Counted from the first letter of the stretch, positions 1-13,553 are shown. The stretch is 64,000 nucleotides of DNA from Eledone cirrhosa (GCA_964016885.1 OZ024747.1:49166001-49230000), one strand, 5' to 3'. Notes: a model not told the origin generated them from the sequence alone. Translations and numbers: made by a program.

Positions 1-1600
1 CGGAAAGGGCACCCCTCTCCTCCTCAAATTTACCCACCTACAGGCGCATGATCAGAGTAGGCCCACTCACACGGGCCATTCTCGCCACATTCACCCACCT
101 TTCAGCAAATGTACTGGGGAGCAACACTTCTCTCTCCACCCTCACCTTCCTTTCCAAGTGGAACTTGAAAACGTTGATGAGGGATTGGCCAAAGAGAAAC
201 GTGTTTGTCTTCAGTCCTTTCAACCTAGTCCACCATACAACCTCTTTCGCTACTGCCACCAGGCAGAGGAAAATTGCCTGCCCTTCCTGGCCAAAAGAAG
301 GCGGCGAGTCAATCTTCACTATGGACTCGGCCGATAGCCGGATCCGTTCTACACGCGACAACAGCTGTTCAACATAACTCCACAAGTCAGTAATGCACGG
401 ACACTGGACGAGTGCATGCAGAACGGTTTCGTCGCTCTGCGCGCATCTCGGGCAGGTCCGCCTGACAGCACTTCCGTGCCTGTAGAGTTTATCTCGAACC
501 GGCAGTGCCCCCCGGTAGCACTGCCAAGCGAGGGATTTTTGGCAATTATCCATCGTACCCGGCTCGAAAGTCCTCCGGAACAGACTGGTTAGTTCGACTT
601 CGTCGACGCCCAGAGCCTCTCCGAGTGCGTTGCCGTACTTGCCCACCACTAATCCTCTATAGAACTCGAGAGTGGAAGTTCCATTGACCGCATTGCCCGC
701 CTGGGCAATGAGTGCCTGGCAACATTCCAGATGCCAATCACCCAGTCTCGGTTCTTCTTGACCCAGGACTGTAGCTCAGTCAAAGAGACGAGCTGCGGAA
801 AGGCCCGTCTGACAAACGGTGACCACACCTGTTCACAGTTGAGGCAGAATATCTGGAGATGCCACAGCCTCAACGCGTATCTGCGCATCATTAGCGACGG
901 CATACCCAGCCCTCCACGTAGAGGGTGCTGGCAACAGATGGACCACCTCACCAACGGAACCTGACCCCTCCACAAGAATTTGAAGAGGCACCGTTCCAAG
1001 CTGGCGAGGCGCGAACGGGGGCAAGGCAAAATGGTCAGGCGGTAGTAGATGACGGACGTGATGTACGCGTTCGACATCTCCGCCCGACCTTTCAGTGATA
1101 GCTTTCTCGCAGCCCAGGGAGGAGAGAGGGCACCCTTGACGAACTGATCGGGAGATCTGAAACGGTTCCGAGAGGTGGCCATTAACTTTGACCACCGAGC
1201 AGATGCCGCTGTGCATTGCAGCGATCCAGCTTCTGAAGACGGGGCCGAAGCCAGCTGTCTTGAGGACAGCCTCCAGATACCGATGCTCGACCCTATCGAA
1301 TGCTTTCGATTGATCTAAATTGATCAGAGCCCCACCGAAGCCAGGTTTACACCATACTCTCTCTATTATGTATCGCATGAGGTGGAGGTTGTCGTGTATG
1401 GACCTGCTTGGGATTGCGCAAGTTTGCGCCTCCCCGACCAAATCCTCGACGACAAACGCCAACCTCTTCGCTAACACCTTGGCCAAAATGTTGGCGAAAG
1501 GCCTCACACATTCGCTTGGAATCGCTCAGCTCGTGTCCGTCTCGGTCCGTCAAAGACCGAATCGTGGTTTTGTTACCCCGCTGCGCCTCTGCCACGCGGG
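1..1600 (-). mobile_element. Tx1/L1-clade LINE ORF2 fragment (RT plus C-terminal CCHC), frameshifted
   Basis: ORFs 833-1507 (KILAKVLAKRL-like, LDQSKAFDRV, SVRQGCPLS), 649-1182 (LSLKGR, RGGLG) and 38-649 (CPRC...ETVLHALVQC). Confidence 0.9.
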
Positions 1601-2149
1601 CGTCTACCTTTTGTGCTTATAAAAAAATTTCGTCGTAGATTACCAGGGGTTTAACTTAATTGGGTGCCTGAGAATAAAATGTTCAACCAACCAAAGCCAA
1701 GACGATAGGGTTAAGTAAAAAGGCATTCGACAAACCGAACATGTATTTGTTGTGCTATGGTACAATGAAAGCAATAGTTACAGAGCAGTAAGCATGTGGG
1801 ACTGCAGTGGTGGAGAGTGGTGTTGTTTTACTCCTTTCAATGTTTCGTCGTATGTTCACCAATTGATGCAGAAGTCCTAATGAAAAGTGAAGTCGATTTG
1901 GGTGAATAGGCAAATAATTTTCCATTACGATTTTTCAAAAGCATGTAATTGCGTTCTTTCTTTTTTTGTTGTTGTTTTTGGTGCTGTTTATATTTTGTTT
2001 TTGTGTATATATATATATAGTAATAATAATAAATTTGAAGACTAAAATCCAAAGAGGGCTCGATAAGGATAAATATATATCAAATATATAAGAACCGTAG
2101 AGCAAATATTTATTATATATCCAAGAGCTTCCAACCGACACGGTCGCAT

Positions 2150-2394
2150 TCTTTAAGGGTATGTCAATATTTGTTTATAAAACTGATCTATATTATATTT
2201 TATCTGATGAAAGCGCACCATAATTTGCTTTGGTGTCCTTGAAATATGTATAATGAAATAAATATGGTTTTATAAATATAGATATAGTTTCCATTTGTTA
2301 ATATATTGTATTTTTACTCCAAAAATGTGTTGAGTGCTTTATATCAGTTATAAAAATATTTGCTTGTTGTATCCCAACAAATTAAATATAACTT

Positions 2395-2398
<4 letters not shown>
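2150..2398 (+). mobile_element. Penelope-like pLTR/retrozyme fragment carrying a hammerhead motif
   Basis: Near-identical to 37925-38150; ends in (TA)n; contains a CTGATGA...GAAA core. Confidence 0.65.
2189..2262 (+). ncRNA. Type I hammerhead ribozyme motif (minimal, palindromic stem III)
   Basis: CTGATGA 2204-2210, stem II aag..cacca/tggtg..ctt, GAAA 2241-2244, ATATGT+A, AT-rich stem I. Confidence 0.7.
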
Positions 2399-2419
<21 letters not shown>

Positions 2420-2429
<10 letters not shown>

Positions 2430-2904
2430 TAACAGATTAAAGTTTAAGCAAATAATCGCTGCTTTCACCCTTAACGGGATCTTCTGAAACTAAAAAAAAT
2501 CAATCTGTGAACGCAGAAGTAAATATTTCGAAAAATGTTGCAGCCGAAGGAAAACAGGAAGAGTTCGTGAAGACATTCCCTGGCAATGAACGGAAAATAG
2601 CGAAGATAATACGTCAGTCAATGTTTTCATAATGTCGTAATGCAGACAGCCAGACATACAGACAGATAGTATAAGGGCGCGACGTTATAGCTATGTATCT
2701 ATCTAAAAAGACAGACTAAGAAAGAGAAAGAGATCGCTAACCGGCGCCTAATGCGTTCCCTAGGGCATAGAAAATTTGAAATTTTTTTGTTCAAAACACT
2801 CACACGAACATAAGTATTACATGTGTAATGTTTGAAAAAAATCGGTTGGGTGGTTCTCGAGTGTCAAGGGCACAGACAGACATTCTCTGTTTTTGATATA
2901 TAGA
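2420..2904 (-). mobile_element. Non-autonomous Helitron family 1, second (3'-truncated) copy
   Basis: Starts TC TATATATC at 2904 directly after the CTAG of the upstream copy; homologous to about 5285-5770. Confidence 0.75.
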
Positions 2905-3043
2905 CTAGTAGAATGGCCCGGCGTTGCTCGGGATTTGCTCTAGGGTTCTTATATATTTGATATATATTTATCCTTATCGAGCCTCGTGAAATAAATATGT
3001 TTGTTTATATGTTGTTATTGCGTATGCAAAAATATCTGTACAC

Positions 3044-3126
<83 letters not shown>

Positions 3127-3926
3127 AAAAATACTTCTGAGCATTACAGAATATTGATTACTTCACTAATAATTATTTTATAAATAGTTGTTCCGTAATT
3201 AATTAATTATTTCATTAGTATAACATCGCTTTTGAAACAGGTTTATGTTTTGAAGTTCCGCCCGATCTGCTGAAAAGGTTTGAATTTTGAAATTTAAGCT
3301 TGTCTAGGCACCAGGCAGTTGCCATTTTACGTCTGTAAGTATAGATTTAATATTTAAAATTCTCTAGATCGATACAGACGGACTATATGTACTTGAATTA
3401 AGGTATTTCTATCTGGCCAAAAAATTATTGTCATTTTGCAAAAAAAACACAGTAGTGTTGATCATATATTTTTTAATTTTTTAATTGTAATATATATATA
3501 TATATATTAAAATAACAGATTAAAGTTTAAGCAAAGAATCGCTGCTTTCACCCTTAACGGGATCTTCTGAAACTAAAAAAAATCAATCTGTGAACGCAGA
3601 AGTAAATATTTCGAAAAACGTTACACACTATATATATGTATACACACACACTGTATATACATATATATATACACACACACCCACACACACACATAGCGTC
3701 ATAATGTCGTAATGCAGACAGCCAGACATACAGACAGATATTATAAGGGCGCAACGTTATATCTATGTATCTATCTAAAAAGAAAGACTAAGAATTATAG
3801 AGAGAGATCGCTAAATCGCCTAATGCGATTCTTATATATTTGATATATATTTATCCTTATCGAGCCTCGTGAAATAAATATGTTTGTTTATATGTTGTTA
3901 TTGCGTATGCAAAAATATCTGTACAC

Positions 3927-4009
<83 letters not shown>

Positions 4010-4809
4010 AAAAATACTTCTGAGCATTACAGAATATTGATTACTTCACTAATAATTATTTTATAAATAGTTGTTCCGTAATTAATTAATTATTTCATTA
4101 GTATAACATCGCTTTTGAAACAGGTTTATGTTTTGAAGTTCCGCCCGATCTGCTGAAAAGGTTTGAATTTTGAAATTTAAGCTTGTCTAGGCACCAGGCA
4201 GTTGCCATTTTACGTCTGTAAGTATAGATTTAATATTTAAAATTCTCTAGATCGATACAGACGGACTATATGTACTTGAATTAAGGTATTTCTATCTGGC
4301 CAAAAAATTATTGTCATTTTGCAAAAAAAACACAGTAGTGTTGATCATATATTTTTTAATTTTTTAATTGTAATATATATATATATATATTAAAATAACA
4401 GATTAAAGTTTAAGCAAAGAATCGCTGCTTTCACCCTTAACGGGATCTTCTGAAACTAAAAAAAATCAATCTGTGAACGCAGAAGTAAATATTTCGAAAA
4501 ACGTTACACACTATATATATGTATACACACACACTGTATATACATATATATATACACACACACCCACACACACACATAGCGTCATAATGTCGTAATGCAG
4601 ACAGCCAGACATACAGACAGATATTATAAGGGCGCAACGTTATATCTATGTATCTATCTAAAAAGAAAGACTAAGAATTATAGAGAGAGATCGCTAAATC
4701 GCCTAATGCGATTCTTATATATTTGATATATATTTATCCTTATCGAGCCTCGTGAAATAAATATGTTTGTTTATATGTTGTTATTGCGTATGCAAAAATA
4801 TCTGTACAC

Positions 4810-4896
<87 letters not shown>

Positions 4897-5259
4897 AAAA
4901 ATACTTCTGAGCATTACAGAATATTGATTACTTCACTAATAATTATTTTATAAATAGTTGTTCCGTAATTAATTAATTATTTCATTAGTATAACATCGCT
5001 TTTGAAACAGGTTTATGTTTTGAAGTTCCGCCCGATCTGCTGAAAAGGTTTGAATTTTGAAATTTAAGCTTGTCTAGGCACCAGGCAGTTGCCATTTTAC
5101 GTCTGTAAGTATAGATTTAATATTTAAAATTCTCTAGATCGATACAGACGGACTATATGTACTTGAATTAAGGTATTTCTATCTGGCCAAAAAATTATTG
5201 TCATTTTGCAAAAAAAACACAGTAGTGTTGATCATATATTTTTTTATTTTTTAATTGTA

Positions 5260-5290
<31 letters not shown>

Positions 5291-5770
5291 TAACAGATTA
5301 AAGTTTAAGCAAAGAATCGCTGCTTTCACCCTTAACGGGATCTTCTGAAACTAAAAAAAATCAATCTGTGAACGCAGAAGTAAATATTTCGAAAAACGTT
5401 ACACACTATATATATGTATACACACACACTGTATATACATATATATATACACACACACCCACACACACACATAGCGTCATAATGTCGTAATGCAGACAGC
5501 CAGACATACAGACAGATATTATAAGGGCGCAACGTTATATCTATGTATCTATCTAAAAAGAAAGACTAAGAATTATAGAGAGAGATCGCTAAATCGCCTA
5601 ATGCGGTCACTAGGGCATTGAAAATTTGAAATATTCTTTGCTCAAAACACTCACAGGACCATAAGTATTACATGTGTAAAGTTTGAAAACAATCGGTTGG
5701 GTGGTTCTCGAATTTTAGGGAGTCAGACAGACAAACAGAAGACAGACATTCTCTGTTTTAGATATATAGA
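2905..5770 (-). mobile_element. Non-autonomous Helitron family 1 with internal tandem array
   Basis: 5' A|TC at 5770; 3' hairpin CCCGAGCAACGCCGGG then CTAG at 2908-2905. Confidence 0.8.
2946..5605. repeat. Three near-identical tandem units of about 883-895 bp inside the Helitron
   Basis: Unit start ttcttatatatttgatatatatttatcc at about 2946, 3829 and 4712; duplicated ORFs 3554/4437/5332; units differ mainly in (TA)n length. Confidence 0.95.
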
Positions 5771-5779
5771 TATTTTTCG

Positions 5780-7560
5780 GGAAAGTTCTTGGTGTTGGGA
5801 GGGTGTAGTAATTTTTGTCTGTAATGTCTGTGTGCTGCTTTATATGTTCTAAGCGTTCTTTATTTGCCATGTTTATGGCTGGGTAATGTTGTTGTTTTTT
5901 TGTTGTTGTTTTTTTTTTTTGGGGGGGGGGGGGGGGGTTGCTGTTTTCTTGTTGCTGCTGTTGGGTATGTTTGTCTTGTGTTTACGATGTTGATGTTTGT
6001 GGTGATGTTGGTGGTGGTGGTTTTATGGTTGTTGGTGGTGATGCTTGTGGTGGCGGTGCTACGAGTCGCTTTGCAGCCTTTACCCTTCTTTGTTTGCCTT
6101 CTCTTTTGGAAAGTGAAGCTAAGGGGTTCTTACTTTTTTGTCTTTTGTGGCAGACCGTTTGCCACTTCACTCCCGCTTCAGACTCCATGTCGGATTCCGT
6201 GGCGTCTGGGAGGGGTATGTGCTCCACGGCTGTTGGTGGTGGTAGTGGAACCCTCTCCGGCGACTTTTTTGCTGGTGAAGCTACTGGTGTTGCCGCCACT
6301 ATTGCCGCTGTTTTAGTTGTCCGTGGCCTTGGAATGGATGCCACGGACGTTGCCCTCCTACTCACCGTGGAAGGGTCTTCTGCCTTTGTTGTCTGCCCTG
6401 CTCTTGGTAGCAGTGGACCAGGCATTGGAAGGAGGGGGGTCTTCTTCTTCGCTGTCTTCAACGGGCAAAAGACCCTGAGGTGACCCACAGAGATAACATT
6501 TTGGGCGCCTTCCTTCCACGCTTATAGGGAGTTGGAGTCCTTCCTCGAGGTCTATATCGGGAATAGCCTCGATACACTCTTGGTCAGTTTGTATTAGCAT
6601 TTGCATGCCTATACATGACCAGTTCTCTCTCCCTATTTTCTCTACTTGCAGCATGGTCGTCCTGTCCTCGATTCCAGCAAGGACAGGCGCGGCCAGCCAA
6701 TGTATGGGCACGTCGGATGAGACCTGGGTCACTTTGACCCTCATAATTTTCTGTCCACAGTAGGAGGACACCAAAACTATCTCCTCACTCTTTAGGGTTA
6801 CCAAAGAGTGAGACTTCACCTCCTGGGGGGTGGCAAAAAATACGTCTACTGTGGCATATTTTTTTCCTCGGGTGATGTGGGTTTTGCGCTTCCAGACGCA
6901 CCCAAGGCCTTTTGAATTCGAGCCTCCCAGCTCTCTCCACCCGATGTGATATTTTGTTTACAGTGCGGTAAGTTACCGTCCGTAACTGCTGGTCCTTGAA
7001 AAAATCGGGTGGAGGTGTCAGGGAGACTTGATTGGCATTTCTTGTCACCATGGCCCTTACGACTGCCATCTTCTCCTCTGTGACTAGCCCTGTTTCGATA
7101 TTTCGGGCCACACCTGCGAAAAAAGTGACCCCTTTTTCAGCGGCACCATTTTGCTGCCGCTACTGCTGCTACTGGTCTTGCTGGTGGTGCTGAGATCACT
7201 GTTACTGGTATTGATGTCATTGTTGTTGTTTTCGTTGATACTCTTGTTGTTGTTTCTGTTATTGTGACTGTTGTTATTATTGTTGTTTTTGTTGATACTG
7301 TTCCTACTATTATTGTTGTTGTGGATGTTGTTATTGTCGTTCTCGACCTTATCGCTGTTATTTTTGTTGTTGCTGTTGTTATTGTTGGTGTTATTGTTGT
7401 TTGTGTTAGTAATATTTGGTAATTTTAAATCTGTAACAATATCATCAAAAATGATATTGTTCCTCTTTTCCTTCGTAATATTTTCTTTTATATTTACCTT
7501 CACTAGAACGCTGTCTTGTTGACATGTTGACAAAGTCTCCCTCTCTCTGAGTTGTCTGAC
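5780..7560 (-). mobile_element. Tx1/L1-like ORF1 (gag-like) pseudogene with broken zinc knuckle
   Basis: Overlapping ORFs 7084-7533, 6785-7111, 6358-6819 and 5982-6488; ISVEGRRPKCYLCG/GHLRVFCP is a CX2CX4HX4C knuckle interrupted by a frameshift; WQTV..KRQK motif. Confidence 0.7.

Positions 7561-7562
<2 letters not shown>

Positions 7563-7625
<63 letters not shown>
7563..7625. repeat. (CT)n microsatellite
   Basis: Direct reading. Confidence 0.95.
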
Positions 7626-7629
<4 letters not shown>

Positions 7630-7862
7630 GTGTTATCCATGTTGAAAGAAATTTTTTTTCAAATAATTTTTACATAATACGACACCCCGTAAAGGGGTGC
7701 CGTATTATTTACGAGTGAACCCCTGTATTTGGTGGGTCACTTCTTTTAAACTTTTCTCAAGTTTAAAACTTGAATAAAAGGTTTAAAACGGTTGAAATCG
7801 ATGAATACTGTTGAAAAAAATACTGGAGCCGATAAGAAGTGTGGCTTCACCTTCAATAATAA

Positions 7863-8578
7863 TCTAAACTATAATAAAGGAAGATCTGCGGGACTGCGTA
7901 CGATTTTTTTTTTTATCCCGTTAGTAAAATAAGTTGGATTACTTTGAATAAATAATTGTTTCTACTTTAGGCACAAGGCCAGCAATTACCCAGTGTATTA
8001 CTGGTACTTTATTTTATCGTCCCCGTAAGGAAGAAAGGCAAAGTCAACCTCGGCGGGATTTGAACTCAGATCGTAAAGGGACGTAACTATGCTGGAAAGC
8101 ATGGCGTCCGACCCTCTACCGATACTGCCAATCCAAATGACTATTACATAATTTATCTACTAAATTTCGTAAATAAACATAATTTCGTAAAAATAAATAA
8201 TTTAAATTTGACTTCTTTTCAAAGTTGCACTTCCGGTATATCGTTGCCACCACCACCACTTCAACTACCATATATATAGAAAGAAAGAGTGTGTGACATC
8301 ATCCGGTGGCGATCACTTAATAAACATACTAATTTTCTGTCACTAATTTTCTCCTAATGCAGTTTATATATAATATCGTCTTTTTTTAATGTATCATGGA
8401 TTACGTTACTGATTACATAAGACAGTGTAACAACGTCTTCGTTCATTTCTGTTTATATTGTCAATTACGATTTTATTTGATGTATCATATCTACATGTAT
8501 ATATATACTTGCGTATAATATCAATATACACACTACACGTGCTAGCAGAAAACCACCCGAAGGGTGGTTTTCTGCTAG
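7863..8578 (+). mobile_element. Non-autonomous Helitron family 2, copy 1 (interrupted by a SINE)
   Basis: 5' A|TC TAAACTATAATAAAGG; 3' hairpin AGAAAACCACCC-GA-AGGGTGGTTTTCT ending CTAG|T; second copy at 26455-26930. Confidence 0.7.
7955..8135 (-). mobile_element. tRNA-derived SINE family A (Meta-SINE-like core)
   Basis: Reverse complement of GAGTTCAAATCC B-box and GCCTTTCnTCCTTACGGGGnCGATAAAATAAAGTACCAG core. Confidence 0.85.
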
Positions 8579-8744
8579 TATATATAATTGTTTCTACTTT
8601 TGGCACAAGACCAGTAAGGATGAAAGGCAAAGTTAAACTAATAATAATGATGATAATGATGATGATTTCTAATTTAAGCACAAGGCCAACAATTTGTGGG
8701 AAGGGAAAAGGTCATTACATTGACACCAGTAGTGTCTGTAATAC

Positions 8745-11600
8745 TGGTTACATCGACACCAGTAGTGTCTGTGATTCTAGTTACATCTGTCATAGAGTTT
8801 GCGGACCAGTTACATCTGTCATGGTGTTTGTGATTCTGTTTAAATCTGACATAGTGTCTGTGGTTCTACTTACATCCGTCATCGTGTTTGTGATTCAGGT
8901 TACTTCTGTCATAGTTTGTGGTCTAGTCAATTATGTCATAATGTTTGTGATTCTGGTTACGTCTGTCATTGTGTCTGTGATTCTAGTAACATCTCTCATA
9001 GTGTTTGTGATTCTGGTTACATCTGTCATAGTGTTACTGATTCTGGTTACATCTGCCATAGTGTCTGTGGTCTAGTTTCATCACTCACACTGTCTGTGAT
9101 TCTAGTTACATCTTCCATAGTGTTCCTGATTCCGGTTACATCTGTCATAGTGTTTGTGGTCTTGTTACATCTGTCATAGTGATTGTGATTCTGGTTACAT
9201 CTACCATAGTGTTTGTGACTCTAGTAACGTCTGTCACAGTGTTTGTAGTCTAGTTACATCGATCCCAGTAGTGTTTGTGATTCTGGTTACATCTGACATA
9301 GTGTCAATGGTCTAGTTACATCTGTCATAGAGCATGTGATTCTAGTTACATCTGTCATCGTGTTTAAGGTCTCGTTACATCTGTCATAGTGTTTGTGATT
9401 CTGGTTACATCTATCATAGCGTTTGAGGACTAGTTACATCAACCATAGTCTTTGTGGTCTAGATACATCAGTCATAGTGTCTGTGGTCTAGTTACATCTA
9501 TCATAGTGTTTGTGATTCTAGTTACATCTGTCATAATGTTTATTGTCTGGTTACAACTGTCATAGTTTTTGCGGTCTAGTTACATCTGTCATGGTGTTTT
9601 TGATTCTAGTTACATATATCATAGTGTTTGTGATTCTGGTTACATCTATCATAGTGTTTATTGTCTGGTTACATCTGTCATAGTGTTTTTGATTCTAGTT
9701 ACATCTGTCATAATTGTTTCTACTTTTGGCACAAGGCCAGCAATTACCCAGTACATTACTGGTACTTTATTTTATCGACCCCGAAAGGATGAAAGGCAAA
9801 GTTAACCTCTGCGGGATTTGAACTCAGTCCGTAAAGGGACGTAACTATGCTGGAAAGCATGGCGTCCGACTCTCTACCGATTTTGTCATAATGTTTGTAA
9901 TTCTAGTTACATCTGTCATAGTGTTTGTAGTCTAGTTACATCGACTCCAGTTGTGTATCTGATCCTGATGACATCTGTCATAGTGTCAGTGGTCTAGTTA
10001 CATCTGTCATAGAGCTTGTGATTCTAGTTACATCTGTCATCGTGTTTAAGGTCTCGTTACATCTGTCATAGTGTTTGTGATTCTGGTTACATCTGTCATA
10101 GTGTTTAAGATCTAGTTATATCTGTCATAATGTTTGTGATTCTAGTTACATCTGTCATAGTGTCTGTGGTCAAGCTGCATCTCTCATAGTGTTTATGATC
10201 TAGTTACATCTGTCATAGTGTTTGTGATTCTGGTTACATCTGTCATAGTGTATGTGGTATAATATCTGTCACAATATTTGTAGTCTAGTTATGTCTTAGT
10301 GTTTTTGGTTGTGATTACATCTGTCTTCGTATTGGTGGCCTTACATCTGTCTTACTGTTTGAGATTCTCGTTACATTTGTTTTAGTGTTTGTGGTCTAGT
10401 TACATCTGTCATAGTGTGTCTGGTTCTAGTTACATCTGTCATAGTGTCTTTGATTCTAGTTACATCTGTCATAGTGTTTAAGGTATTGTTACATCTGTCA
10501 TAGTGTCTGTGATTCTGGTTACATCTGTTATAATGTTTGTGGTCTAGTTACATCTGTCATAGTGTCTGTGGCCTAGTTGCATCTGTCATAATGTTTATTG
10601 TCTGGTTACATCTGTCATAGTATTTGTAGTTTTGTTACATCTGTCATAGTGATTGTGATTCTGGTTACATCTGTCATAGTGTTTGTGAATCTATTTAAAT
10701 CTGACATAATGTTTATTGTCTGGTTACATCTGTCAGTGTTTTTGATTCTAGTTACAGCTGTTATAGTGTCAGTGGTCTAGTTACATCTGTCATAGTGTTT
10801 CTGATCCTGATGACATCTGTCATAGTGTTTGTACTCTAGTTACATCGACTCCAGTAGTGTATCTGATCCTGATGACATCTGTCATAGTGTCAGTGGTCTA
10901 GTTACATCTGTCATAGAGCTTGTGGTCTAGTTATGTCGGCCCCAGTAGTGTTTGTGATTCTAATTTCATCTGTCCTAGTGTTTGTGGTCCAGTTACATCT
11001 GTCATAATGTTTGTGGTTCTAATTACATGTCATAGTTCTTGTCGTCTAGTTACATCTGTCTTAGTGTTTGTGATTCTGCTTACCTATGTCATATTGTTTG
11101 TGATTCTGGTTACATCTGCCATCGTGTTTGTGATCTAATTACATCTATCATAGCGTTTCTGGTTCTAGTTATATGTCTTAGTGTTTGTGGTCTAGTTACA
11201 TCTCTCATAGTGGCTCTGGTCTAGTTACATTGGCATCTCTCATAGTGTTTGTGATTCTCGTTACATCTGTCATAGTGTTTGTTGTCTAGTTACATCTGTC
11301 ATAGTGTCTCTGCTCTAGTTACATCTGTGAATGTGTCTGTGGTCTATTTACATCGACCCCAGTAGTGTTTGTGATTCTGGCTACGTCTGTCATAGTGTTT
11401 GTGATTCTGGTTCCATCTGTTATAGTGTCCGTGGTCTAGTTACATGTCATAGTGTTTGTGGTCTGGTTACATCTGTCATAGTGTTTGTGGCCTAGTTACA
11501 GTTACATGTCATAGTGTTTGTGGTCTGGTTACATCTGTCATAGTGTTTGTGGCCTAGTTACAGTTACATGTGTTTGTGGTCTGGTTACATCTGCCCTAGT
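8745..11600. repeat. 29-30 bp minisatellite (gttacatctgtcatagtgtttgtg[att|gt]cta), about 2.8 kb, with a SINE inserted at about 9713-9880
   Basis: Direct reading of tandem units. Confidence 0.95.
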
Positions 11601-12067
11601 GTTCGTCATTTTGGTTGGTGTTTCTTTATAGCTACTTCACAACTGTGAAAAAAACAGAGTTACCATCAAGTTAGAAGGAAAGAGAAGGTTTTAAATTATC
11701 CTGAAAATGTTGTGACATTATGTGAGGCTACATTGACAACTTCGGAAGACTGATTAACTGGATCTCCCAAGATGAATTTCACTGAAAAATGGATCATACT
11801 TTTCCTGACTGACACTGTTGTATTGTTTTTTTTCTTTTTGCCCTAATTTAATCTGTTCAGATAAATCAGGTGTCAGGAACCTATCCCGAGTGGAATCTTG
11901 TTTTAAAATATAAACCAATACTTATGATGCACACTTTAGAGTAATTTCAGATGAAGTTCAAATTAAGAAAAATATTTGCTAAATTCATGCTTTTTTTATT
12001 TTTGTTTATTAAACGATGATGATGATGATGATAGTGATGATATGTGACTATCATTATTTGTTTTGTA

Positions 12068-12260
12068 GGGCGGTGAATTGGCAGTATCGGTAGAGGGTTG
12101 GACGCCATGCTTTGATGCATAGAGTTACGGCCCTTGCCATTCTGAGTTCAAATCCCGCCTAGGTTAACTTTGCCTTTCATCCTTACGGGGTCGATAAAAT
12201 AAAGTACCAGTAATGCACTGGGATAATTGCTGGCCTTGTGCCAAAAGTAGAAACAATTAT
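12068..12260 (+). mobile_element. SINE family A, near full-length
   Basis: A-box-like TGGCAGTATCGG, B-box GAGTTCAAATCC, core GCCTTTCATCC..GGGGTCGATAAAAT..GTACCAG, tail GGCCTTGTGCCAAAAGTAGAAACAATT. Confidence 0.85.
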
Positions 12261-13553
12261 TTGTTTTGTTGTTTTTTAGGCTCTTCATATTGAAAAGTTG
12301 TCATCCCTGTAGGATGAAGATAACCAAGCAAACATATGAGGACATCCAGTATGCTAAGTATTTCATGGTTTGGTCTATCTGATAGTACACGTGTACAATG
12401 TACAATATGTCATCCGTAGTAATTCTCAATCAGATAATGAACAAACTAAAATATATCCCATGGAGTGCACCAATAGATTTTCTTTATCACCTTTGATATC
12501 AACCTGCCTGAGACTGTGATATAAAACTGTCCATCATAATTTGATGTAAGAACATTTTTGTTATGTTATAAAAACTAGCTTAATAATGCAGAAGTTAGAT
12601 ATTTTACTAAACATTCTGATTGTTTTTTAATTATATTAAAACAAATGGATGATTTATTTCATCAGAAAGGAAAGGAGCTGATTGTCAGATTGGACAGTTC
12701 AATTGGTATTCCATTGCTGAGATTATCTACCAGTCATAATTCCTGGCAGAAGAGGAGTTTAAACAGAGAATGCACGGAACAGATCAAATACATCAAAGTA
12801 TTTTATCTGACATTTTCAGAATTCTATCAATCCACCATCCCTAGACTGCTACTTTATTGAGATCAAATGGATGAAGGTTGACTGTTGACCTCAGTGGAAT
12901 TGGAACTCATAAAACTATGAGTAAGAAGAAATAGTGAGGTATATAATCTGACATACTTAACTCTGCTAATTTATTAGAATCATGGTCACAGAAGGGTTAA
13001 TATCTACCTAAATTAATGAGCAGCTGTTGGTTCATATCTGCCTAAATGAATGAGCAACAGTTGGTTCATATCTACCTAAAGGAATTAGTAATAGTTAATA
13101 ACAGAAATAAGATGACAAAAAGAAAAAAAAAAAAAAAAAAAATTCCAGAACAGAAAATTAAAAGGATCCGCGATATCTCTAGTGCTTACCATAACAACAT
13201 AATATATTTGATGGAATAATAAAAGATATCCAATGTGAGCTTCAGAATGATTAGAATTTTTTATACTTATATTCTTTTACTGGTTTCTGTCATTCAACTG
13301 TAGCCATGCTAGGGCACCACCACCCCTGAAGGGATATTTAGTTAATCATATTGACCATGGTACTTCTTTTTGAAATTTGATACTTATTTTCTCAATCTCC
13401 CTTTGTCAAACTGTGAAGTTATAAGACAAAGAAACACAAACACACACAGACATACATATACATGTGTGTGTGTGTGTTAAGTATTTCCGTAGAATAGGTA
13501 AAGAAAAAAAGTGTGATCTATGTATTGTAGAGCTATTTAATTACATAATAAAC

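Noticed and set aside
9960-10880. ctgatga matches at about 9965, 10807 and 10869 as hammerheads
   Set aside because: They are satellite unit variants with no stem II-GAAA following.
8745-11600. CRISPR-like array or hydrophobic membrane-protein ORFs
   Set aside because: Units are contiguous with no unique spacers, there are no cas genes, and the context is eukaryotic; the ORFs are satellite translations.
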